Source: a virus
Lineage: Duplodnaviria > Heunggongvirae > Uroviricota > Caudoviricetes
Strand: one strand, 5' to 3'
Length of the DNA: 64,000 bases
Virus record (IMG/VR): IMGVR_UViG_2778261505_000002
Shown: in pieces, positions 48,657-57,384 of the stretch
Layout of the letters: every line of letters begins with the position of its first letter
Numbering within the stretch: the stretch's first letter is position 1
Position numbers and translations under genes: made by a program
Notes under the pieces: model-generated
What the model was told of the DNA's origin: nothing
Seen by the model: only the letters and a program-made list of their open reading frames with translations
Database searches by the model: none

Positions 48657-48911
48657 ATGAACCACTTTAAGGAAACCAACATGTCATACCCGACTAATGT
48701 CGTTGCGCTCGTAGAGAGCGATTTTCTGGCCCAGGCTCGTGAAATGATGAAAGATCGTGAGCAGGCTTTCAACTTGTACGAATGGGCAATTAAGTGCTTG
48801 CATCTTGGCGAGCATCGCGAACTTGTTGAACAGCTTTTAGGTGAGTTGATCAATGAGGTGTTTGCCTTGAATGTTCAACTACATGGTAGAGAAAATAATC
48901 AATCACAATGA
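48657..48911 (+). CDS. Hypothetical protein
   Basis: 84-aa ORF; no recognisable motif. Confidence 0.4.
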   Translation: MNHFKETNMSYPTNVVALVESDFLAQAREMMKDREQAFNLYEWAIKCLHLGEHRELVEQLLGELINEVFALNVQLHGRENNQSQ

Positions 48912-49494
48912 TAGATAAGTACAAACTATTCATAAAGTGAATTGTAAGTGCTAAGATCTGATAGTTTCCAGTCGTAGACTGGAGACTCGACCTGATGGGT
49001 GGGGGTAAGCGTCACTGGCGTCAGGTTTAAAAAAAGCTCACTACCAGCGTAGAACTGGTGCCGTTTAGGTGTCGGGGAAGGGGGAACCAAAGTGAGCAGA
49101 GACAAGGGTCACTTTATGATTGTCGAGTCTGGGGTGTTTCGAGAGGTTGAATCCAGTACTCCCCTTCATAAAGTGTGGGAAGATCTCGGTTCTGGGGTGC
49201 TGTCATCCATAACTTCCCAAGTCTAAGCTGGCAGTAGACTTAGACCATAACTTTTCAGGTTATGAAACGACCAGGTTGGTGAGAGATTTTTATACTCACC
49301 TCCCTGGGAGAGTATTACCTGAAAAGACAACCTCTCACTTCGTTCGAGGTGAACTTCACTCACTTCGTTCGTTCAGTTCAGGTTTATAAAAACCTGTTCT
49401 GGGAAGTAATTTGTTTATTTTAATAATTATTAACACGCACGCGTGTGCGCACGCGCGAGGAAAAATCGGCGCGGCGCTTGATTCAGGAGTTTAT

Positions 49495-50085
49495 ATGACG
49501 ACGAAGACACCAGCCCGATCGCAAGCAAAAACTCGCAAAAAAGCCAAAAACAAAAATTCCCCCCGCACCAATCCCACAACGCCTGTCGTAGAGTTCAATC
49601 CCCAGCTTAAAACCGTGAAAATCTTTAGTGATGGCTCTTGCCTTAAAAATCCGGGTGGCCCGGGCGGTTACGGTATCGTTCTCCAGTATCGTGGTGAGGA
49701 ACGCGAGTTCTCAGATGGTTTTCATAGCACCACCAATAACCGCATGGAGATGATGGGGGCACTTATCGGGCTGGAGCGTTTGAAATATCCATGCAACGTT
49801 ATTTTGCACTCTGATAGCCAGTATCTGAAAAACGGCATGACACAGTGGATGAAATGGTGGAAACGCAATGGATGGATGACTTCTGACAAAAAACCAGTAA
49901 AGAATGTTGATCTGTGGAAGCGTCTGGATGAGGCCGCAAGTCGACATAATGTTCGCTGGAAGTGGGTTAAAGGTCACGCCGGGCATCGTGAAAATGAAAT
50001 ATGTGATCGACTCGCGAAGATCGCAGCTTTTTCAGCAGCAGATATGCCTCACAAGAAAGATATTGGTTTTGTTTATAATAAATAG
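49495..50085 (+). CDS. Ribonuclease HI with basic N-terminal extension
   Basis: Start at ATG 49495 after CAGGAG (track ORF begins 49411 inside a GC-rich palindromic tract); RNase H core IFSDGSC...[28 protein letters not shown]. Confidence 0.8.
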   Translation: MTTKTPARSQAKTRKKAKNKNSPRTNPTTPVVEFNPQLKTVKIFSDGSCLKNPGGPGGYGIVLQYRGEEREFSDGFHSTTNNRMEMMGALIGLERLKYPCNVILHSDSQYLKNGMTQWMKWWKRNGWMTSDKKPVKNVDLWKRLDEAASRHNVRWKWVKGHAGHRENEICDRLAKIAAFSAADMPHKKDIGFVYNK

Positions 50086-50522
50086 TAAGTAAGTGTTTAC
50101 CTATCATTTTAAATCATGTATCTTATCGGCGTCAGGATGACAATGTGTCGGTAAGACACAGTTCCAGGATGGAACGAGAAAGGCGGCTGGCAATCGCCAG
50201 CCGCAACTCTTTCTGACACTGGATGGAGTCCACATGGCACGTCAAACCTATTTCACTTCTGTAACTAAACGTCCTCGTTCTTTACGTCAAATTTTGGCCG
50301 AATTATTTAGCGGTCGGGTTATGTCACGCCTTGATGAACTAGAGACTACCGTTCGGTTGCTGAATGAACGTTTAGATAATCAAGCGTCAGTTGTTGCGAA
50401 CGTGGGGGCGATTGTTGCCTCTGGTTCTTCACGCGAAGCGAAAAATGCACGGCCTTTAGTGAAGGAGAAAAACAACAAGGACAGTTCGAATGGAAAATTT
50501 TCAAAGAAAGAGGCTGAAACCA

Positions 50523-50741
50523 ATGGCCTACGTTCTCATTATAGTTTCACTGGCGACGGTAGCCGTTCCAGCCGGTCAGAGCCTTTTGATGCCGGATTCA
50601 TCCATCACCACACCTTCGTCGACGACAATTACCACCACTCCAGTGGAGCGTCCTGTCACTCTGGATGGGATGGCGGTGGATGCGATACCTCAAGTTCATC
50701 CAGTTACTCAGGATCATGCTGTGACTAAGGCGGTTGTATGA
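50523..50741 (+). CDS. Small secreted/membrane protein with Thr/Pro-rich tail
   Basis: 72 aa from ATG 50523 after AGAGG; signal-like MAYVLIIVSLATVAVPA; overlaps alternative-frame ORF 50234..50728. Confidence 0.4.
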   Translation: MAYVLIIVSLATVAVPAGQSLLMPDSSITTPSSTTITTTPVERPVTLDGMAVDAIPQVHPVTQDHAVTKAVV

Positions 50742-50926
50742 ACTGGTTTTCAAATCACTTTGGAAAAATTTGGCTGGCAATTCTTGCCCTTATGGCCGCC
50801 GGTTGGGTATCGAACATTATAAAACTTGTTTGCTCTGGCGATCTCCAGTTTCAGGCTGGCATGACCTTGGCTCGTGTAGTTGGGATTTTTGTTTTTCCAG
50901 TTGGTTCGGTACTTGGTTATTTCTGA
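50738..50926 (+). CDS. Small membrane protein
   Basis: 62 aa; ATGA overlap with previous stop; two hydrophobic segments. Confidence 0.4.
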   Translation: MNWFSNHFGKIWLAILALMAAGWVSNIIKLVCSGDLQFQAGMTLARVVGIFVFPVGSVLGYF

Positions 50927-51019
50927 CGGCTGTTAGTGCATATGCATTGACCATCTCTGCGTAAGCTATTTATGTAATTAGAAAACAACTTGTTTTGACA
51001 AATAATAAAAGGAAAGCAC

Positions 51020-51445
51020 ATGTTAGGTTTCTTCAAAAAGAAAACTCGTAAAGCTGTTATCGAAGTCAAAAAAATGGAGAACCGTGATGCGGTTGAGGCC
51101 ACCGTGTGGGGCGCGTACATGATCTCCTATGCTGACGGCACATGTGACGCAAAAGAAATTGCCATTCTTGAGAAGACAATTGCAGCTCTGCCTGCGTTTT
51201 CTCCGTTTGCTGGTGAAATTGCCCAAATGAGCGCCAATATCCGTGCTCGTTACGAAGCGTCCCCTCGTTCTGCTAATGCACAGGCTATTCGTGAGCTGTC
51301 TGATATTGCGGGTACTCCAGAGGCGGTCGATGTTCTGTGTCTGTGCCTTGATATTGCCGATCAGGACGGCATTGGTGAACAAGAAGAGCAGGCACTGAAA
51401 AAGATCGCCCAGGCGCTTCAGTTGTCACTGGATGCTTATCTCTAA
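51020..51445 (+). CDS. TerB-like domain protein
   Basis: 141 aa; paired acidic helices (YADGTCDAKEIAILEK ... DIADQDGIGEQEEQALKKIAQAL) resembling the TerB fold. Confidence 0.5.
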   Translation: MLGFFKKKTRKAVIEVKKMENRDAVEATVWGAYMISYADGTCDAKEIAILEKTIAALPAFSPFAGEIAQMSANIRARYEASPRSANAQAIRELSDIAGTPEAVDVLCLCLDIADQDGIGEQEEQALKKIAQALQLSLDAYL

Positions 51446-51603
51446 TGCTTGAGAGATTCCGGCTTGTGATCGTCATTGCTCTTCTGGTGATGGCGGTGTT
51501 GGTGGATTTTACGGGAAAGATGATGTCTGTCATTTCTGATGGCGTCCTCATTGGTTTGGCGATCTACTTCGCTTATCCGTTAGTTCGTAAAGCAAAGTGT
51601 TAA
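51445..51603 (+). CDS. Small membrane protein (52 aa, not in ORF track)
   Basis: ATG overlaps TerB-like stop (TAATG); two hydrophobic helices; followed by strong terminator. Confidence 0.4.
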   Translation: MLERFRLVIVIALLVMAVLVDFTGKMMSVISDGVLIGLAIYFAYPLVRKAKC

Positions 51604-51604
51604 T

Positions 51605-51637
51605 GACAAGGGCCAAATGGCCCTTGTGTTTCGTTGA
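51605..51637 (+). terminator. Rho-independent terminator
   Basis: GACAAGGGCC-AAAT-GGCCCTTGTG followed by TTTCGTT. Confidence 0.7.
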
Positions 51638-51742
51638 CCGAAATAGAGAGTTTGCACCTTTACGTTTAGCTTGCTCCCCTTTTATGCCACATCACAATAA
51701 AGCCAATAAGAAAACAACTTGTTTAAGTATTAGGAAAAACAC

Positions 51743-52309
51743 ATGTGCAAGAAATGCAGAGCGATAGCTGATGAACAAAACGCCTTATTCGAAGAAATGG
51801 ATGCTAATGAACTGGTCAAAATGTTAGCCATTCTTCGAGGAATAGAAGACGTTTCCATATTTGAGAGACTGTTTACAATACTTAATTTTAATTCCACCTT
51901 TGAAGAGCCAACTCAGATTGTAGCTTTGGCACACCATTTCGGTGTTCATTACCTTGCTGAAAAAGAGAGAGCTGATAAGTTGCAAGCGACTTTGGATATG
52001 GTGAGCGAGACTCCAGGACCTCATGACGGTAACAAAAGTGAGACGATTATTGCCAGCAAAGATCGTGAAATTGCCGGGCTTAAATCCTCTCTAACGATGT
52101 TGATGTCTGCAATTAACCTTATGTCTTCTAAAGCAGGTTCTAAAATGCCATCACTAAACAGCGACGATCCGATGGCCGTTCGCCAGCTTTTAGGTGCAAT
52201 GGCCGACCAGCTCGACGACACAAAGAGTCGCCTTGAAGACATGATGCGGGAGCTCACGCATCGCCATGACTTGAATAAGCAGCCGCACAAAACGCAATAC
52301 GCACTCTAA
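51743..52309 (+). CDS. Hypothetical coiled-coil protein
   Basis: 188-aa ORF with GGAAAAACACATG start context. Confidence 0.5.
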   Translation: MCKKCRAIADEQNALFEEMDANELVKMLAILRGIEDVSIFERLFTILNFNSTFEEPTQIVALAHHFGVHYLAEKERADKLQATLDMVSETPGPHDGNKSETIIASKDREIAGLKSSLTMLMSAINLMSSKAGSKMPSLNSDDPMAVRQLLGAMADQLDDTKSRLEDMMRELTHRHDLNKQPHKTQYAL

Positions 52310-52326
52310 TACAGCACCAGTCGACA

Positions 52327-52348
52327 GGGGGCGACAGCCCCCATTTTT
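52327..52348 (+). terminator. Rho-independent terminator
   Basis: GGGGGC-GACA-GCCCCC followed by ATTTTT. Confidence 0.65.
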
Positions 52349-52450
52349 ACGCCTTAAATCTGCTGTAACGCCTATGAATGCAGCTTTTATGCCTTTTCAA
52401 GTTTGCGATAATTACACCAATCAGAAAACAAATTATTTAATGGTGTAATT

Positions 52451-54136
52451 ATGAATACAGCCCTTTCCATCATCGACGATGCCAGCTCAAACACGGCTAT
52501 CGACTATCGTCAGGAAATGAATGTCATCCACGAAATCGTGGCCGAGTGCGAGAAAGAGATCGCCTTCATGTATCAGGTTCACGACTTCGTTTATGGAGAC
52601 GAACGCCACAACATGATTAATCGCCTGCTGAGACTAAACCATCGACCAGATGAAGATCGCTCGCGTTTAAATCGAGGTTGGTTGGATAAAGTCGATCTGG
52701 AATGGGTGAAACAGAATATTTGGGCCGAGTACTGGAGGAAGGTCACGGACATGACTAACGTTTTGCTGATCATGCCAGCTTCCCGTCGAGATGAGTGGCG
52801 CGAGCAGTTTATAGAGGGCAAACAGGAAGTCATCAAAACTGACAGAACCGGCTACCAGATGAAGGTTAAAGAGTTCGTTGGTGTACCGGAGTTCAAAGCA
52901 GAAACGGTCATACCCACGATGCTTAATTTGCTGAATGACAGGCACAAATATCTCTCTGAGCGCGTGTATGGCTTGTTTAAGGCGCTGAGTCCTGCGCACA
53001 AGACAAATAAGACAAACGGTTTCAGCGAGCGTCTGATAATCGCTGACTGCATTTCTGATTTCTGGCGGGACAGCGTTAGCGTGAACTATCGCAAAGAGGA
53101 CTACATCGACGATCTGCGTGTCTTGCTTCATTTCTTCGCGCACAAAGAATTTATTACCATCAACCGCACTGCTGAGGTGCTATCAGCTGCGTATCGAGCA
53201 AACGACTGCCAGACCGGTGACTGGATGAACGTCGATGGAAATCTGATGCGCGTGAAGATGTTCAAGAACGGCAACGTTCACTTTGAAATACATCCTGACG
53301 TGGCCTGGAAGTTGAATGAGGTGCTGGCTTACAGTATGCCTGCTGCAATCCCCGCGCCATGCCGAACTGCGCCAAAAACACGGGCACCAAAGCAGTTCGG
53401 GTTAATCCAGAAGACGATCTCCGTGCCGGTTCGCACTGCGCTTCGTGACGGGCGATTGAGCAAAGACAAAGGCGTATGGTACTTCTCTGATTCAGCTCTC
53501 CAGAAGTCGCAGGTGGAAGAGCTTGAGCGCACACTGAGCTTCATTGGCGGCGTGCAGGAGAAAAAGCACTGGCAGTTCCCGTATGACATCGGCCATACGC
53601 TAAATACGATTGTGGCTACCGGTTTAATACCGGATACAAAATCACACCAGTTCTACCCTACCCCACGCTTGATTGCTGAGTACGTTGCCAGAGCCACTGA
53701 ATTGAAGCCTGGTGAGAAGCTGCTGGAGCCTCAAGCCGGACGTGGGGATCTTCTGGCCTATATTAACGCCGATCTGGAAGATGTTACCTGCATAGAAATC
53801 GCACCTCTCTTCGCTGATATCCTGCGTGGAAAAGGGTATACGAACACGATTTGCTGCGACTTCATAAAGTGGTCTGAGGACAACGCAGGTTATCAGTTCG
53901 ACAAAATCGTTATGAACCCGCCGTACTCGCTTGGTCGTCATAGAGAGCACACGCTGGCTGCGCTGGGGCATCTGAAAGTCGGCGGGCGTCTTGTAGCAGT
54001 ATTGCCGGGCACTGCGCCAATACTGGACTGGATGACGATGGATAATTACGTTTATGCCAGAGGGAAGTCGTTTACCAACGAGTTTGAAGACACAGGGATC
54101 ACAGTCAGCGTATACGTTTTCAAACGCGTTAAATGA
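52451..54136 (+). CDS. Putative N6-adenine DNA methyltransferase with large N-terminal domain of unknown function
   Basis: 561 aa; C-terminal ~180 aa carry FYPTPR, SAM-binding-like LEPQAGRGDLL and catalytic NPPYS (gamma-class order); N-terminal ~380 aa unassigned. Confidence 0.6.
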   Translation: MNTALSIIDDASSNTAIDYRQEMNVIHEIVAECEKEIAFMYQVHDFVYGDERHNMINRLLRLNHRPDEDRSRLNRGWLDKVDLEWVKQNIWAEYWRKVTDMTNVLLIMPASRRDEWREQFIEGKQEVIKTDRTGYQMKVKEFVGVPEFKAETVIPTMLNLLNDRHKYLSERVYGLFKALSPAHKTNKTNGFSERLIIADCISDFWRDSVSVNYRKEDYIDDLRVLLHFFAHKEFITINRTAEVLSAAYRANDCQTGDWMNVDGNLMRVKMFKNGNVHFEIHPDVAWKLNEVLAYSMPAAIPAPCRTAPKTRAPKQFGLIQKTISVPVRTALRDGRLSKDKGVWYFSDSALQKSQVEELERTLSFIGGVQEKKHWQFPYDIGHTLNTIVATGLIPDTKSHQFYPTPRLIAEYVARATELKPGEKLLEPQAGRGDLLAYINADLEDVTCIEIAPLFADILRGKGYTNTICCDFIKWSEDNAGYQFDKIVMNPPYSLGRHREHTLAALGHLKVGGRLVAVLPGTAPILDWMTMDNYVYARGKSFTNEFEDTGITVSVYVFKRVK

Positions 54137-54196
54137 TAGGTAAATACTTACTTAGTTTATGTAAGAATGTAGTAACTAAACGATAAGAGAAAACAC

Positions 54197-54901
54197 ATGA
54201 GCAACCTCCAGTTAGAGCATTTTAACGTCACAGGCCATTCCGATTTTCCTTTCAAGTTTACATTGAAAGGTTATGCAGAGGATGCGGTAGGCCAGATCAT
54301 TATTGATAAAGGCATCGTTAAGTTTGAGGGGAATTTTGATGAATCCGCGAAAACATTCATAGACTTCGTTGCCAAACGTTGGAGCGAGCAATGGAAAGAC
54401 CTGGAAAAGCGCGCTAGTGAGTTTGATCGGTTCATGGATGCAATGGATACAGCAAAAGAGGCTCTTGCTGCCGGTACTCCGTTAGATCTGGAGTCACTTT
54501 TCAACGGCGAAGTGGCCTCTGCGATGTTCGCCACCATGTTCGCGGGTGAGTTCGTCCGCAGCGGTGCCAAAAACTACCTTGAGCTGGATTACAACGTCCC
54601 TGCAATTGGCGACTTCGTCGTTACCATCCAACGCAAAGAAGGTAAGACGCCAGGTGAACGCGTCGCAGAGCTTGAGGCCGTTGTGGATCAGCGTAACGGA
54701 GAGTGTGACCGTTTGATCAACGAGCTTCATGCACTTCGGGAAGAAAGAATATGTGCGGGTAGCAATACACGTAATGCAGCGGATATCTACTTCCAGTTAG
54801 TTGAGGAATGCCAGATTCCACCAGGTGGCTCTCTTGTCGATTACGTCAGACATTTAATGGCGGAAGTTAACTCCAGCCATAAAGATGGTGAGGTGCGCTG
54901 A
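54197..54901 (+). CDS. Hypothetical protein
   Basis: 234-aa ORF with GAGAAAACACATG start context. Confidence 0.45.
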   Translation: MSNLQLEHFNVTGHSDFPFKFTLKGYAEDAVGQIIIDKGIVKFEGNFDESAKTFIDFVAKRWSEQWKDLEKRASEFDRFMDAMDTAKEALAAGTPLDLESLFNGEVASAMFATMFAGEFVRSGAKNYLELDYNVPAIGDFVVTIQRKEGKTPGERVAELEAVVDQRNGECDRLINELHALREERICAGSNTRNAADIYFQLVEECQIPPGGSLVDYVRHLMAEVNSSHKDGEVR

Positions 54902-55281
54902 TGTTTGGCATTGACGCACAGCGTATAGCCGCTTTTGCAAAAAGCCCTCTTGATAATCCCTTGTCTCGTAGTGAGCAAATGGAGCTGGCAAGGCTTTTTC
55001 TTCACATTCAAAAACAGGCAGACATTTTCAATAACATGCCTAATCAACCTATTCTGGATGGTCACATCCAGATGGTCATTAACAGTCATGAGAAAGGCTG
55101 GGCTGCAATCGTCCCCTGCACAATTACATACAAGTTGGCGAAAGAGGTTCAAGAGTTTCGAAAAGCCAGTGTCGAATCGGAGTCTACCAAAGCCGCAATA
55201 AACACTCTTATTCGCATGGGGTTCACATGGACCGGTGGAGCCTACTGGCAAGCACCTCACCCCATTTTATCCGGCAATTAG
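54901..55281 (+). CDS. Hypothetical protein
   Basis: 126-aa ORF, start overlaps previous stop. Confidence 0.4.
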   Translation: MFGIDAQRIAAFAKSPLDNPLSRSEQMELARLFLHIQKQADIFNNMPNQPILDGHIQMVINSHEKGWAAIVPCTITYKLAKEVQEFRKASVESESTKAAINTLIRMGFTWTGGAYWQAPHPILSGN

Positions 55282-55400
55282 ACGCTACAAATCCTTCGGC
55301 ATGAATAAATAAAGGCCATAAGTTGTGGCCTTAAATAAATTGTTTTCTACCTTTTCTTATTTGTGAAAATAACCACAACTAGAAAACAACGGAGTTAAGA

Positions 55401-56042
55401 ATGTCTAGTATTTCCGAAGCTCATATGTTCGCCGCTGGCGCTCATGGTGGCGTTGGTCAGAAAAGAAAATATACCGGCGAAGACTACATCAACCACCCGG
55501 TTGCTGTCCGAGAGATTGTTGCATTGCATGACGGAACCGTGGAGATGCAAATCGCGGCGCTTCTGCATGATGTGGTCGAAGACACCCATGTAACCATAGA
55601 GATGGTTCGTGATCACTTCGGTGAGCGCGTAGCTGAAATGGTTCAGGCTCTGACCAACATTGCAAGGCCAGAAGACGGCAATCGAATACAGCGTTTCATC
55701 ATCAATGTCCGGGAGCTGGAGCAAAATCTCGACATGCAGACGCGCATGATCAAGCTGGCTGACCTGCTCGACAATACCTCTTCTATCGTGAGTCGCGATC
55801 CCGAGTTTTCAGCTATCTACCTTGCAGAGAAAGAGCTGATGCTGGACGTACTTTTTAACGGGAAGGAGATTGGTGCCAACGCTGATGTTGTCGAGTACAT
55901 GGAGAGGATAGGTATAGAACACCCGTTGCTATTAAGCGCAATGGCGAAAGTCACTGAAGGTATTGCGCTTCTGAAACCGGAACACATCAAACGTTATGAA
56001 AAACACAAATCGCTGATCTGGAGCGCGTGGGAGGCTGCATGA
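55401..56042 (+). CDS. HD-domain (p)ppGpp hydrolase-like protein (small alarmone hydrolase candidate)
   Basis: 213 aa; HPVAVREIV...AALLHDVVEDT matches the RelA/SpoT hydrolase HD motif; no synthetase domain. Confidence 0.65.
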   Translation: MSSISEAHMFAAGAHGGVGQKRKYTGEDYINHPVAVREIVALHDGTVEMQIAALLHDVVEDTHVTIEMVRDHFGERVAEMVQALTNIARPEDGNRIQRFIINVRELEQNLDMQTRMIKLADLLDNTSSIVSRDPEFSAIYLAEKELMLDVLFNGKEIGANADVVEYMERIGIEHPLLLSAMAKVTEGIALLKPEHIKRYEKHKSLIWSAWEAA

Positions 56043-56581
56043 AGGTAGAAAAAATAGATGTTCTTTCCTTTGTGCTGACGGATCTGGAACGTCTCGATCC
56101 GGTTCGAGTGATGATTGAAAACTACGAACCTGGTAAGGGAAGAATCACCATCACCTGCTACGGAAAAGCGTGGACTGCGGCTTGGTTTGCTATGGGCGGT
56201 GATGATGTGCAGACGTTCATCAAGCGAGTTAGCAACGACTATCTAATCGACAATTTCGACCCTCAACTGCTAAGCACGGTCGACGATGACAACGATGCAA
56301 ATCTGCTTTTCGTGAAGTCAGAAATCATAAAGTTACGAAGAGAGAGAGAAATCGACGCCGTACTAGCTCGCGAAATGTGGGACGAGGCGGAAAACGCCGA
56401 TGACGTAAAAGAAAGCTGCTGCTGTTTCGGCGTCGGTAACAAACTACTGAATCTCTTTGGTGATGATCCGTGGTATGCCGACTGGCCAACGGTACCAAAC
56501 CCGAAATACCAGTATCTGGAACGCATTGTGAACGCGGTACGTGAAGGGCTGAAAGAGTTAGACAAGTTAGAGGCATCGTAA
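56039..56581 (+). CDS. Hypothetical protein
   Basis: Track ORF 56027 (GTG); ATG 56039 overlaps previous stop; Cys triplet CCCFG. Confidence 0.4.
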   Translation: MKVEKIDVLSFVLTDLERLDPVRVMIENYEPGKGRITITCYGKAWTAAWFAMGGDDVQTFIKRVSNDYLIDNFDPQLLSTVDDDNDANLLFVKSEIIKLRREREIDAVLAREMWDEAENADDVKESCCCFGVGNKLLNLFGDDPWYADWPTVPNPKYQYLERIVNAVREGLKELDKLEAS

Positions 56582-57087
56582 TGAGAGAGAAAATCAAGAA
56601 CCCGGTCGTCGTATTGTATAAACGGGAAACCAGCGATTCTTATGCGGTATCCATCACTGATGGAAGCCAGAACATGCACGATGGTCTGCTAATGGCCGCC
56701 GTATCTCCTGATGATTCGGACTACCCTTTCGCCACTTTCGCTATGGTTGGTTACTACATGGCTGCCGAAATTGAGAAGTTGCGGGCGCAGAGAGACGCAT
56801 TAGCGGCGGAGAATGTGGCATTGCGATCTAAGGCTGCGGAACTGGCACATGAAGCGTCAAAAATTTACTCGGCATATAACGCCACTATCACAGAGCCTGA
56901 CGGGGATTTTATGGACATGCAGACATTGCATGAAATGCAGTGCATAGAAACTCCAGCCACCGACGCTTTTCTGGCTGAAGTACGTGCGCAGGGCGTGGAG
57001 ATGTTTGCGGAGTGTGCATACACACTTGAACATCATGATCACGCAGTAGCTTTTGCCGCCGAGCTACGTGAAGGAGGCAACCAGTGA
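56581..57087 (+). CDS. Hypothetical protein
   Basis: 168-aa ORF; coiled-coil segment. Confidence 0.4.
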   Translation: MREKIKNPVVVLYKRETSDSYAVSITDGSQNMHDGLLMAAVSPDDSDYPFATFAMVGYYMAAEIEKLRAQRDALAAENVALRSKAAELAHEASKIYSAYNATITEPDGDFMDMQTLHEMQCIETPATDAFLAEVRAQGVEMFAECAYTLEHHDHAVAFAAELREGGNQ

Positions 57088-57383
57088 CTGTATGTCTTAT
57101 TGATAAACGTCGACGTGGGCAACAAATACCATCTGTTGAAATGCCGAATCACACATGGTTTTGCGTACTTGATATCGATGGTATGGATACGTTGATCGAC
57201 ACTCGTCATTACTGCGATACCGCAACAGCTACTCCTGCAAAAGCAAAGAAAATGGCTGCTCTGATAGAAAACTGGACTCCACCTGATGGTTGGTGCAATG
57301 GGAATGATCGAGATTGGCACGAAAAAATGAAGGGCTATATCTGCGATTTTTTACGTAAATGCAACGGATTCGGGGTGATGTGA
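57084..57383 (+). CDS. Hypothetical protein
   Basis: 99-aa ORF; several Cys/Trp residues. Confidence 0.4.
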   Translation: MTVCLIDKRRRGQQIPSVEMPNHTWFCVLDIDGMDTLIDTRHYCDTATATPAKAKKMAALIENWTPPDGWCNGNDRDWHEKMKGYICDFLRKCNGFGVM

Positions 57384-57384
57384 T

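Noticed and set aside
48912-49494. Identity of the ORF-free region as tmRNA, RNase P RNA or a retron ncRNA
   Set aside because: No match to the conserved sequence blocks of ssrA or rnpB as I recall them, and no reverse transcriptase gene nearby; left as an unassigned structured region.
50234-50728. Full-length 164-aa protein from ORF 50234..50728 as a confident gene call
   Set aside because: The C-terminal half is low-complexity and overlaps a better-supported frame with an RBS and signal peptide; reported as an ambiguity rather than a feature.
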